Below, one piece after another: positions 28,599 through 38,245 of a stretch of DNA of 64,000 bases. Position 1 is the stretch's first letter. Each line of letters starts with the position of its first letter. The DNA is from Candidatus Latescibacterota bacterium. Its GTDB lineage: Bacteria > Latescibacterota > UBA2968 > GCA-2709665. The notes beneath the pieces are model-generated. The model was not told where the DNA came from. It did not search any database and saw only the letters and a program-made list of their open reading frames with translations. The stretch covers positions 832,001-896,000 of the forward strand of contig CBDDDZ010000004.1 of assembly GCA_965226795.1 (NCBI GenBank), written 5' to 3'. The translations under genes were made by a program, and so were the position numbers.

Positions 28599-31013
28599 AT
28601 GACGCGGATGGCAGACACAACGGAATTGAAGGCGCCGTTCTTGCCGGCGGAGGAGAATGAATTGAGCCGCCGGTACCTGAGGATGATCGAAAAGTGGATT
28701 CCGGTGGGCATCGAGTATTTCCGGGAATGGCCGGACCGGCCGAACTGCGGGCATTTTTTCGGCGGGTGTCACTGGTATGGAAACGAGACGGCGCCGCCCG
28801 TGGAGACATTCGCCCTGGCCAGCGTCTCGCCGGAGTACGATGAGAAAGGGGTTGGCGTATCCCGGGACGACCTTCAGCGCATGGCAATTATGGGATTGCG
28901 CTATCTTTGTTTCACACACGACTCCGGGCCGGCGGATTGCGTGCGGCCCAGCGTGGGAATGGGCCGGCCGGAGATCTGCGGAACCAAGTGGGGGGAACGA
29001 GGATTGGGGTTCTTCAAGGAAAGCCAGTGCGGCCATGGGATCTCGGCCCTGGGGCGCGTCTGCCTGTTGCTGCGGGACCGGGTGGACGATGAAACCTGGA
29101 TGATGATGGCTCGTGTCCACGCGGACTATGCCGGCAGGTTCGGGGATATGGCGCCGAAGAGCGGGATCTACGTCGACACGCAGATGGAAGAGAATGCCTG
29201 GACGTCCAACGGATTGACGTCGTGCTTCCTGTTTCTGGAACGCCACGAAAGTGCGGCTCAGTGGGAGGCCACCTGCAGACGATGGATGTATTCCACCTGC
29301 GCGGCGCCCCAGGATGCGAAGGACCGCGGCGAGTTGAACGGCGCCACGGCGGGGGCGCTTGCAGGAAAGACGTTTACGGCGCTGCCGGATTACTGGGCGG
29401 AAAACCACGGGATGGTGCATCCGAACTACACCGCGTCGGGCGTTCGGCCGCTCACTTCGGCGGGAGCACAATTGAAGCTGTGGGGACGGGAACTGCCGCC
29501 GGAGGTGTTCTGGAACCGCCGCAGGGTGTATGAGAACCTTAAGGCGATGACCGACGGGTCCGGATATGCCCAGGCCGTGCAGGGGATGGACTGGCACTAT
29601 CTGCCGTCCACGGGAAGCGAGACCCCGCATTCCGCGGCGGCTGTGTTTTTTGACGACCCGGACGCCGCCGCGCTGCTGCGCAGAGGACTCCGGAACGCGG
29701 AACTGCGGCAGGATGGAAACGGGGGTCGGATGTACGACAGGGAATTCTCCATGAGGGCGCACGACCAGCAGGATCCGATGATCATGCGGGAAGTCACCAT
29801 TGGCGCCATCGCGCACCAGTATCTTTTTCACCGCTTGTTCGGTCCCGGCGCGAAACCCACCCCGGAAGATGAACTGGAACGGCGATTGGCAGGCGTGCGG
29901 GAATACCCGCACGCGGGTTTCGTCCATCACCGGCATCCCAAAGGGCAGACTTCCTTTTCCTGGCGGAATTCCGTGATGGCGATGCCGCTCACGAGAGAGG
30001 GAATCTATACGATAGCGCCCTGTTCGGATAGCTGGCTGGGCAGGCCGGTGGTGAAGGGACGGCCGGACAGCCATCGACTGAAGCAGGTGAGGGTGACCGA
30101 CTATGACGACGGATTCGCCGCTGCGATGGTTATGGACCGGTGCCAGGAGTCACTGCGGCAGCAGGTGTTGTTCGCCAGTCTGCCGGATGGACGCGCGCTT
30201 TCATTCGAACGGTTCACCGCCATGGAAGATCTGACGGTGGAATCGCTCGACCAGGGGTTCCTGCGGATCACCAATGAATATTTTCCGTTGCTCGAGCCGA
30301 ACTGCAGGGGCGTTCGCGCACTGTATCGCCCCGACGGGTCAACCGACTACAGAGGCTGGCTCGGCGATCGCGAGGAGGACGATATCCAGGATCGCCTCGG
30401 CAAGCCCGAATGGTTGAATATTGACGACCGGCTGGGCATTGTATTTTCGGGAACGGGCGACGCGACTTATCTCAATCGGCACTATTACAAACCGTATCGC
30501 GCCATCGCGGATGATCTCACACTTTCTCGCCTGGATCAAGAAAGGGCGCTGCGGGCGGGTGAGGAAGGCGGATCCCTGGCGGCGTTGCTGATTCCCGAGC
30601 AGGCCCACGAAGACACGGCTTCAAGTCGCCTCGACGTCCTGACCGGGCCGGACCAGAGCGCCTGCCTGGTTGCGGACGGCTTTCTCGCGGCGGCCAATTT
30701 CGACACGGAACGCAGGGTGTGTGGGTTTACCCAGGCCCGGCGGGAGGAAGTCCACGTTTATGCCGGCACTTCAGTGGACGTGAGCGAAGATTCAGTTCGG
30801 TATGGCGTCCCGCTCAACAGCGAGAGCGCCTGTTTGCTGGCCAAGACACATTCGCTGCGTGTGAATGGAGATATACGGGTGGATACGGCGCCGGATGGCG
30901 CGATCTATGTGACAAACACCGATACGGATCATCTGGTCGTCGAGATTGCAGACGGGGAAGATGCGGGAGAGGAGCGGGCGATCGGCGCCGGGCAGACCAT
31001 ACGTATCGTATAG
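28599..31013 (+). CDS. Hypothetical ~804 aa protein (paralogue 2)
   Basis: End-to-end colinear with 20495-22909. ATG 28599 follows a GGGGA RBS. Confidence 0.85.
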   Translation: MTRMADTTELKAPFLPAEENELSRRYLRMIEKWIPVGIEYFREWPDRPNCGHFFGGCHWYGNETAPPVETFALASVSPEYDEKGVGVSRDDLQRMAIMGLRYLCFTHDSGPADCVRPSVGMGRPEICGTKWGERGLGFFKESQCGHGISALGRVCLLLRDRVDDETWMMMARVHADYAGRFGDMAPKSGIYVDTQMEENAWTSNGLTSCFLFLERHESAAQWEATCRRWMYSTCAAPQDAKDRGELNGATAGALAGKTFTALPDYWAENHGMVHPNYTASGVRPLTSAGAQLKLWGRELPPEVFWNRRRVYENLKAMTDGSGYAQAVQGMDWHYLPSTGSETPHSAAAVFFDDPDAAALLRRGLRNAELRQDGNGGRMYDREFSMRAHDQQDPMIMREVTIGAIAHQYLFHRLFGPGAKPTPEDELERRLAGVREYPHAGFVHHRHPKGQTSFSWRNSVMAMPLTREGIYTIAPCSDSWLGRPVVKGRPDSHRLKQVRVTDYDDGFAAAMVMDRCQESLRQQVLFASLPDGRALSFERFTAMEDLTVESLDQGFLRITNEYFPLLEPNCRGVRALYRPDGSTDYRGWLGDREEDDIQDRLGKPEWLNIDDRLGIVFSGTGDATYLNRHYYKPYRAIADDLTLSRLDQERALRAGEEGGSLAALLIPEQAHEDTASSRLDVLTGPDQSACLVADGFLAAANFDTERRVCGFTQARREEVHVYAGTSVDVSEDSVRYGVPLNSESACLLAKTHSLRVNGDIRVDTAPDGAIYVTNTDTDHLVVEIADGEDAGEERAIGAGQTIRIV

Positions 31014-31045
31014 GCAACGACCGGAAACGTTCGTTGCCCTTAGAA

Positions 31046-31303
31046 AGTCCTTCGCCGACCCTTCGACCCTTCGACACCCTTCGACAGGCTCAGGGCGAGC
31101 GCTCAGGGAGCGGCTCACGGGACGGTATAGGTGCCACAGTTCAGGATGCGGGCTCAATGACGTTCGTTACACTTGTCGAAACGAGCGGTCGAAATGTGGA
31201 CGCTGCCTGTGCTGAGTTTGTCGAAGCAAGCTTGTCGAAGCGCGTTCATTGAGCTTGTCGAAATGCGCGTTTCGCTACCCGTTCGGTGCCCTTCGACAGG
31301 CCC
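31046..31303. repeat. Cluster of CTTCGACA(A/G)GCTCAG / CTGAGCTTGTCGAA REP-type units
   Basis: 31046-31116 matches the reverse complement of ~61835-61898; ~31171-31283 matches ~34826-34917 in direct orientation. Confidence 0.8.
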
Positions 31304-31350
31304 AATTTCGGCAATCTATTTCCGGGACAGAACACCAAGGAGGCATTTCC

Positions 31351-33885
31351 TTGACCGATCAATGCATGCTACAAAACAACGCCCTTTGTCTGAAATGGGA
31401 GGGTGGGGATCTGCAGGTGGAGAATCGGCTTTCGGGCACGCGCCGCTCGTTTGACTTTCCGGCATTCATGATCCGTCTGGGAGACGTGGAGATTCCGGCC
31501 GACTGCTTTGTCCGGACCGGTATGCAGTCCGGTACGGATGAGGTGGCGTTCGACTATCGGCACGAATCGACCGGCATTCGGGTCCGGGTGCGGTACTGGA
31601 TCGATGGAGACAATCCCTGGTTCAGGAAGCAATTGACGCTTCAGGCGCCGGACATTCCGAGCGCACCGACCCCGGACCGGCTCTGGGTGGACATACAGGA
31701 ACAACCTCCGCGGCCGATTCGGCGGGTCGGATACGGCGTCCGCGGCGGGCCCGACGTAGAAGAACAGATCGGGCTCGACTCCTACGCTCCCCCTGTACCG
31801 GGGTGCGGGTATCCGGTCTGGGCCGGTGACTGGTTCGCCGGTCTGGAGCATCCGGTGGGGTTTGCCGTTCCCGGAGAAAGGCTGGAACTCTTCCACCACC
31901 CTGTATGGGACAATGAGCGACGCATCGAGAGCTACACGGCGGTCTACGGCGCGGCAGAAAGCCACGAGACCGTGCGAGACGCGTTTATGGACTATCTGTG
32001 GCAGATCCGCCTGCCCCGGCTTTCAAAACCGATTTTCCATCTTTCCGTGGGATGGTCGGTCCGTTATCTCGGAAACCGGGAGTATATCGACTCGTTCGAG
32101 ATGAATCAGGCCTATGCCGAGGCGGTGTCGGACCTGGGTCTGAAGCCGGATTCCCTGGCGTTTGACGCGGGGTGGTTCGACCGGAAGTCCATCTACCGGC
32201 ATAAGGGAGACGACGAGAATGACTCACGGCTTATCGCGTTTTCCGAAGACCTGAAACAGAAGGGGTTCTCGCTGGCATTGTGGGTGACCCATAACGGCCC
32301 CGTGGGTTTTGACACCGATTGGATCCAGGAACAAGGATGGCGCGTGGGTGAAGGTCCCGGCTCCTATGGAAGCGGGACGTTCGTGGTGATGGCGCAGCCG
32401 TCCTTCGAAGAGGCCCTGGCGCAACGCTGGGAGCGGCTGGTGAGAGACGTGGGAACCGTGCACTTGAAAATCGATTGGGACAACGAGTGCGCCACCCATC
32501 CTGAATTCCGGGACCGTTTCCCGACATCCGATCACATGCGTGAGGCTTCGGTAAACGCGTTCAATCGGATCGATCGCCGGCTGCGGGCAATTAATCCGGA
32601 CCTGGTGACACGGAACGGGTGGTGGCCCAGCCCGTGGTGGTTATGCCTGGCGAACCACACGTGGCTGGTGCATTCGGGAGATTGTGAGTATGCGTCGTGG
32701 CCGTCTCGCACCCAGCGCGACCGGGCCCTGACGCATCGGGACGCGGTTTACTATCAGATCATGCGCCGGGCGGAAACGCCCATCTTTTTCGACGCGTACG
32801 ACAATCACGAATTCGTGCAGGCATTGACCAACGCGTTTGCAGACCCGGACCATACGTGGCTGGACAACCTCGTGCTGGCGGCCTGCCGTGGCACCACCTA
32901 TATGCCGATGCCGATAAATCCTGAAAGTTTGAGAGCGGAACGGGCTGAACAGCTTCAGGCGATGATGGACTGGATGCGGTTCAACGCGGACCAACTTGGC
33001 ACGAAGGGAACGCAAATGGTGCTGGGGAGTCCCGCCTTTGGCGAAGTCTACGGTTTCCTGCATCCGTCGGACGGAAGTGCGTGGCTCATGCTGCGAAATC
33101 CGTCCGTCGAGCCGCAGGCTGTGGACCTTCGCGTGGATTACGGGTTGGGATATGTGCCGGGCGCCATCCGACAGGTTTATCCTTTCTGGCAGGACCTGGA
33201 AGGGTCGGTGACGATGTTGGGTCACGAAGTACGGCTGCTGAAGATCTTCGCTGACAGGCAGGAGGACGTCTCTCCGATACCCGGCGCGCCGTTCATGGCG
33301 CGGCTATGCGATGGCGGGTGTGAATACCGTTTTCCAGGGGACCGGCGACTCACGGACGACGTGGGGCCGGTGGTGCATCCGGATATGCAGATTCCCGGTC
33401 TCTCCGCCGAGGCAACGTGCGACGACCTGAACGACGGGATGCACAGGATGCAATGGTACGTCGCGGTTCCCCACCGGTTCGAGCGTCCGGAACTGCAGGT
33501 TGTCCTGACCGGGCCGGAGAAGGTGCTGGACAGCGTGGACGTCCGCGCCGGCGGATCGCGGTACCGGGGTGTGCCCGCTCGTTACTCGTACGTGACCCAG
33601 CGCGTCCACCGGCAGGATCGCAGCGGCCACGGCACGTCCAGGTTTCTGCCTCCCGTGGGTCCCAGAGAAAGAGATGACTATCTCTTCGCCATTCACGACA
33701 GCGGATGGTCGTCCGTAACGGTGGATATTACGGGCGACGACCTGGAAGAACTGACAGTAAAAGCCTGGATCACGGGATACGAGGCGCCCGCCAGGCAGAC
33801 GATTGTCCAGGATAGACCGCCGATGCCGGGTGCGCTGTTACCGATGCATCCGTATGGGTTTTCGAGATGTCTTGAAATCAGGTGA
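31351..33885 (+). CDS. Glycoside hydrolase clan-D-like (GH36/GH27 alpha-galactosidase-like) protein
   Basis: AAGGAGG RBS before TTG 31351; FDAGWF and HLKIDWD resemble the GH36 DDGW and KxD motifs. Confidence 0.65.
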   Translation: MTDQCMLQNNALCLKWEGGDLQVENRLSGTRRSFDFPAFMIRLGDVEIPADCFVRTGMQSGTDEVAFDYRHESTGIRVRVRYWIDGDNPWFRKQLTLQAPDIPSAPTPDRLWVDIQEQPPRPIRRVGYGVRGGPDVEEQIGLDSYAPPVPGCGYPVWAGDWFAGLEHPVGFAVPGERLELFHHPVWDNERRIESYTAVYGAAESHETVRDAFMDYLWQIRLPRLSKPIFHLSVGWSVRYLGNREYIDSFEMNQAYAEAVSDLGLKPDSLAFDAGWFDRKSIYRHKGDDENDSRLIAFSEDLKQKGFSLALWVTHNGPVGFDTDWIQEQGWRVGEGPGSYGSGTFVVMAQPSFEEALAQRWERLVRDVGTVHLKIDWDNECATHPEFRDRFPTSDHMREASVNAFNRIDRRLRAINPDLVTRNGWWPSPWWLCLANHTWLVHSGDCEYASWPSRTQRDRALTHRDAVYYQIMRRAETPIFFDAYDNHEFVQALTNAFADPDHTWLDNLVLAACRGTTYMPMPINPESLRAERAEQLQAMMDWMRFNADQLGTKGTQMVLGSPAFGEVYGFLHPSDGSAWLMLRNPSVEPQAVDLRVDYGLGYVPGAIRQVYPFWQDLEGSVTMLGHEVRLLKIFADRQEDVSPIPGAPFMARLCDGGCEYRFPGDRRLTDDVGPVVHPDMQIPGLSAEATCDDLNDGMHRMQWYVAVPHRFERPELQVVLTGPEKVLDSVDVRAGGSRYRGVPARYSYVTQRVHRQDRSGHGTSRFLPPVGPRERDDYLFAIHDSGWSSVTVDITGDDLEELTVKAWITGYEAPARQTIVQDRPPMPGALLPMHPYGFSRCLEIR

Positions 33886-33937
33886 GACGGCGGACGAAAG
33901 AAGATTGCGATTGCCTATCCAAACAGGAGACTGAGAG

Positions 33938-34816
33938 ATGGCGTTGAGACACGATGCCGAACAGGACGTGTGGCACTTTGAGACGGAGCAGATGACGGGA
34001 CACATACAGCCGGACGGGGACCGGCATGGGATCAAGGCGTTGACCCATAAGCCCACCGGGGAGCAGGTGGTGCATCCGAAGTACGACCTCCTGAATCTGT
34101 TTTTCATGTTTTCACAGAATCACTGTATGGGGCAGGCCCGCGAGAACGAGCGCAGTATTACAGCCGAGGGCAATGCGATCGACGTACACTGGGCGCCGAC
34201 GGACGATCACAAGGCGGAGATGACGGCCAGGTACGAAGTTGTGGAACCCAACGCGGTGGATTTGTCGATAACCGTGGCGTCCAACTGGCCGTACCCGGCT
34301 TATGAAGTGTTCCTGTCGAACTATTTCGATCTGTCGCTGAAACCGTACGTGTACGTTCAGGGCAGTCCGTTCGATATCCCGGCAGACCAGGCGCGATGGA
34401 TAGCGCCGGAAGTAAACGACGTATTTGTGGGAACGGGACTGGTATTCTCGAGGGATCAACACGCGGCCAGGCGGTCTACCGACGGGCGATGGGACCGAAT
34501 CTGGGGCCTCTACCAGTGGAATCCCCAGCGCTATTTCGAATTTCCGGTGATCATGAGCGCGAACCTGGAAAAGGGCATTGCGGGCGTACTGATGTCCAGG
34601 CCCCGGGATTGTTACGCGGTGATCAGCGGGTACGAGAGTGAGAACATGAAAGATCCGTTCAGGGATCAGAACCCGCTCTACCTCTCGCTGTTCGGGGACG
34701 ATTTCCGCGTTGGCGATGAACGGACCGTGGAGGTAAGGTTCGCCGTCACCGAGATCGATGAATCGATGGCCCAGCCCTTGGCGTTGTACGAGGCGTTTTT
34801 GGAAGAGAAGGGGTAG
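33938..34816 (+). CDS. Hypothetical protein (beta-rich, mutarotase-like fold possible)
   Basis: 292 aa ORF with RBS and codon usage typical of the cluster. Confidence 0.75.
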   Translation: MALRHDAEQDVWHFETEQMTGHIQPDGDRHGIKALTHKPTGEQVVHPKYDLLNLFFMFSQNHCMGQARENERSITAEGNAIDVHWAPTDDHKAEMTARYEVVEPNAVDLSITVASNWPYPAYEVFLSNYFDLSLKPYVYVQGSPFDIPADQARWIAPEVNDVFVGTGLVFSRDQHAARRSTDGRWDRIWGLYQWNPQRYFEFPVIMSANLEKGIAGVLMSRPRDCYAVISGYESENMKDPFRDQNPLYLSLFGDDFRVGDERTVEVRFAVTEIDESMAQPLALYEAFLEEKG

Positions 34817-34825
34817 GTAAGTCGC

Positions 34826-34917
34826 GCTTGTCGAAACGTGGTCATTGCGTGCGTTGCCTGCGCTGAGCTTGTCGAAGCAAGCCTGTGAGCTTGTCGAAAT
34901 GCGCGTTTCGTTACCCG
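34826..34917. repeat. REP-type CTGAGCTTGTCGAA cluster
   Basis: Three GCTTGTCGAA units; direct homologue of ~31171-31283. Confidence 0.75.
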
Positions 34918-34928
34918 TGAAGTTGAGG

Positions 34929-35348
34929 TTCCACCACCCCCCAACGTCCCCTATTCCCTTGCCCTTTTCGCGAGGCGGGGAGACGGAAGAGGTTAGAGGA
35001 CCTTGCCACCTGATGTGGCGCCAAGCCTTGCCCTTTTTCTTGCATCGCCCAAGATTGAAAAGGGCGAAAAAGAAGGGCGCCTGCCTGCCGAGCACGGCTC
35101 GGCGCAGGCAGGCCGCTCGGCGCGGGCCGGTTTTTCCGTGAATCACGCCAGGGGAACAAATGGGAATCGGGTGCCCTACGCCTCTCAGCTGAACCAATAC
35201 AGCGGTGCTGGACGGAATAGCACGGAGAATCCGCCTCCGCCCGCGCAGCGGGTGACCTGTTGTTCCGGTGATTCTGCGGGACAACAGGGGACGTCTGTTT
35301 CTGGCGTTCGAGGCTGATGGTGAGCGGCGCGTTTCTTGCCGCGAACAA
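34929..35348 (-). repeat. ~420 nt structured non-coding element, copy B (inverted relative to copy A)
   Basis: Reverse complement aligns to 15281-15680 and carries two private insertions. Confidence 0.85.
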
Positions 35349-35624
35349 ACCCCCCACGCCACCGGGCGGGAAGAGGATAGACCCGAAAGGACCGCCGCGG
35401 GATTGGCGCAGTACCGCCTTAGGCTGATTGCTGAAAGATGACCGCTGTTTTTGCTGCTTCTTGATGGCACCTACATACCCACTTACCCATCAAAAAGACA
35501 CGGGTAGATGATTATGGAGTTTCCCCGGTTTAGGGGACTTTCGAGGGGAAAATGGGAATAAATCGGCCCAGAGAGATGAGTGTTTTCCCAGGGCGCTGTA
35601 TTTTCCGAAAAAATGATCAGTAGG

Positions 35625-36958
35625 TTAATAATAATGATTTTGCCGCACATCCTTAAGTTCTTTAGCAACAAATTCAATACTTAATGGGCAAAAGTTAAAT
35701 TGTTCATAAAGTCGTTTTAGAATCGCATGTACTACCTCGATAAGATTATTTTCTATTTCTTCTGATTTAACTGTCAACCCGACCGAATATTTTTCAATCT
35801 TACTTACATAAATATCTCTGCGGAGACCTGGTACTTCGCATTGGCAATGTGACGTCCTTTGAGGCCCGTAAAATGAAATTGAAGTATAACCTGCTCTATT
35901 TTATCAAGAGTTTTCATATATCGATTAACAAATAATATTCCTTCACCTAAACGCCAGATCAGTGAAGAGTCATAAAGTACCTTACCAGGTGGTTCCTGAC
36001 TATCTTCACGATAACCACAAATAGTGTACAACTTGCCATCAAGAGAAGCCCGCCAAAAATTACAGTGATGCGTCTCTTCAATTGATCGTTTATCATTAAT
36101 TGGTATTCCAATATGCGCATTGATGAAATCATCATACGGGAATGGCGCCCAATCAGAATTTTGTAAGATGGGGAATACAGGCCACCCCGTATGGTTAATT
36201 TGTCCAGCTTCATAAAGATGTGATTGAAGTTCGCTAACATTTTTAAAAGGAGTTGGGTTTAGTAAGGAAATAGACATTTCATAGTAGCCATGCGGAAATC
36301 GAATAGGAGAATTAGTGGGTTGGTCTGCTACGGCTTTCTTCCAATAAGCACGAGCGTCACGGACAAATCTACGTAGTTTATCTATCTCATCTGGTTCTTT
36401 AGTTTCTGTTTCTTCAATATCTCCTGCTAAAGCTGTTCTAATTGCACTAAGTAGCTCTTCCTTATTGGCGATCACGCACCGCCTTAACAACTTTCGCCAT
36501 TCTTCTGATGTCTTTGGCTCTTCACTTTTAGGACCTGGTTTACGGATATAACAACGGTGTTGTCGGATGATACCTTCACAAAGTCGTTTACTCATTATAG
36601 GTGTGGTTAATTCGGCTGGTACAATAATAACGGGATGCATTACCTCTGTATCGGGATGAGGTATATTATGGACATTACACTGCAATTCTGGTTCAGCAAA
36701 TCTATTAATCGCTTGATTTACTAAATCTTGAGTCACTTGTGGCATTCTATCTGGTTTTGGAACTGATTTGAGAAATTGATCAACTTCACCAAAACCCATA
36801 ACTATGTAACTCCCACCATGGTTAGCGAGAGCAATAGCAGCCTTTGCGAGTTTTGCTTTATCCTCAGTAATTGATAAATCAAGCCAATCTTTATATTCAA
36901 CAGAGAGATCTTCCCGTGGTTGTGTAACAAGCGATTTAAGTTCTTCAATAGGAGGCAT
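35625..36958 (-). CDS. Schlafen/AlbA_2-domain protein, frameshifted near 35820-35850
   Basis: REDLSVEYKDW, ALANHGGSYIVMG, CYIRK. A helical C-terminus (NNLIEVVHAILKRLYEQFNF...) continues in another frame to TAA at 35625. Very AT-rich. Confidence 0.8.
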
Positions 36959-37127
36959 AAGACCAATCCTTAATTTTGAATTTGTCTACATCTGTGGGAC
37001 GCCAATTCTTATCTCCTAAAAAGGAGGTGCCTTTTTGATGACCGGAGATCTCGGGAGATGTGGCTATTGAAGAGAATTAGATCTGTTATCGTGTTGCTGT
37101 ACCGCCATCCCTCGACACTCATCAACT

Positions 37128-37895
37128 TCACGGCATCCAGATATTCCACTTGCCGTATTTTTCCCAGATGCGGCAGGTGTCGCAGGCGCACATCCACCGG
37201 AGGGCGAAACGCGGTTTATTGCTTGTGTTGAGAGATCCGGCGTGCACCAAAAGATAATGAAAAAACAGTACGTCTCCCGGGAAGGCGTCAGCTCAACAGG
37301 CTCTCCCAGATCGAACTTCTGCTGCGGGTTCTTTAAATCCGGCAGCATTCGATACCTGTCAGGGTCCTGCGCCGCCGTCTCGCGTAGCCTCCGGTGCGAT
37401 CCGGGCCAGACAGCGGTACCGCCACCCTGAGCAACACCGGTATCGAGATACGTCAGCGACGAGACGCGAAATGATCCGGGAAAGACCGCGAAAGGTCGAT
37501 GGACGCCGTCGGCATGCCCACCGAGATGATTCCAGATTCCCGATACCGGAAATACACTCTGCGTCCACACTGCCTCGGGCTGTGGTTTCCGACAATGAAA
37601 CGCCTCTGGATTTCTCCGGGCAAGTTGGCTTTGCACATCGTAAAACGCTGGTGTGCAACAGGCCAGCAACGCGGACTGAAGCCCGAAATGTTCAATCACA
37701 CCCTGGCTTACGGCTGTCATCATCCCTTCCGGTTCGTCCGGCAACGGAGACCAAGACGCCGGATCGTTCCGATCCATACCAAGGACAGACTTCATCGCGG
37801 TTTCGGCACTGGCAATTGTCTCTTCCGGAATTAATCCCGGAGACCAGCACGTACCCGTCCCGGTCGTATTGTGCCAATTTCTCTTGTGAAAGCAT
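37128..37895 (-). CDS. Phytanoyl-CoA dioxygenase (PhyH) family protein with two compensating frameshifts
   Basis: MLSQEKLAQYDRDGYVLVSG, GHADG, GGTAVWPGSH, GDVLFFHYLLVHAGSLN. +1 at ~37836 and -1 at ~37279, both in G runs. Confidence 0.8.
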
Positions 37896-37935
37896 AAATA
37901 TCTCCTGGATCGATTGAATTTTCTCTAAAATTGGA

Positions 37936-37995
37936 CACCGATATCCGTAATATGCAATTCGCTGAAAGTGTACGCAAGGAGCCAGAAGGGCCCCT
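37936..37995 (-). promoter_or_regulatory. Repeated promoter-like module, copy 1
   Basis: Minus strand TTGCGT(37977-37972)-17 nt-CATATT(37954-37949); homologous to the copies at ~44400 and ~47070. Confidence 0.6.
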
Positions 37996-38245
37996 AAAGG
38001 ATGAACTTTCATCGTGCGGTAACGCTCGGTAGTTTCATCGGAGAGCACACAGGTGACTGCTGTTCCCGTCAGTCCCTGGCGAATTGAGGAATTGGCCGAG
38101 AGACGCACATTGCGACGCGGTAAAGTCATTGGACGGTGCCGTTCCTTGTGCGGAGCATTCAGGCCATCCGTCCTGAGGCTCCGGTGATGATGAAATACAA
38201 TGATGGTGTGTCCCCAGCGCAATGGCCGCTGAAATATGGAAACCA

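Noticed and set aside
21281..30074. Minus-strand ORFs 21281..22513, 23032..23955, 24309..25397 and 28320..30074
   Set aside because: Antisense to well-supported + strand genes.
31046..31303. Possible CRISPR array in the TTCGAC/GTCGAA repeats
   Set aside because: Units are degenerate, in both orientations and irregularly spaced, with no unique equal-length spacers and no cas genes.
34112..35470. 452 aa minus-strand ORF, and 15425..16015 similarly
   Set aside because: They run through the non-coding structured element and antisense to real genes; the frame is not conserved between element copies.
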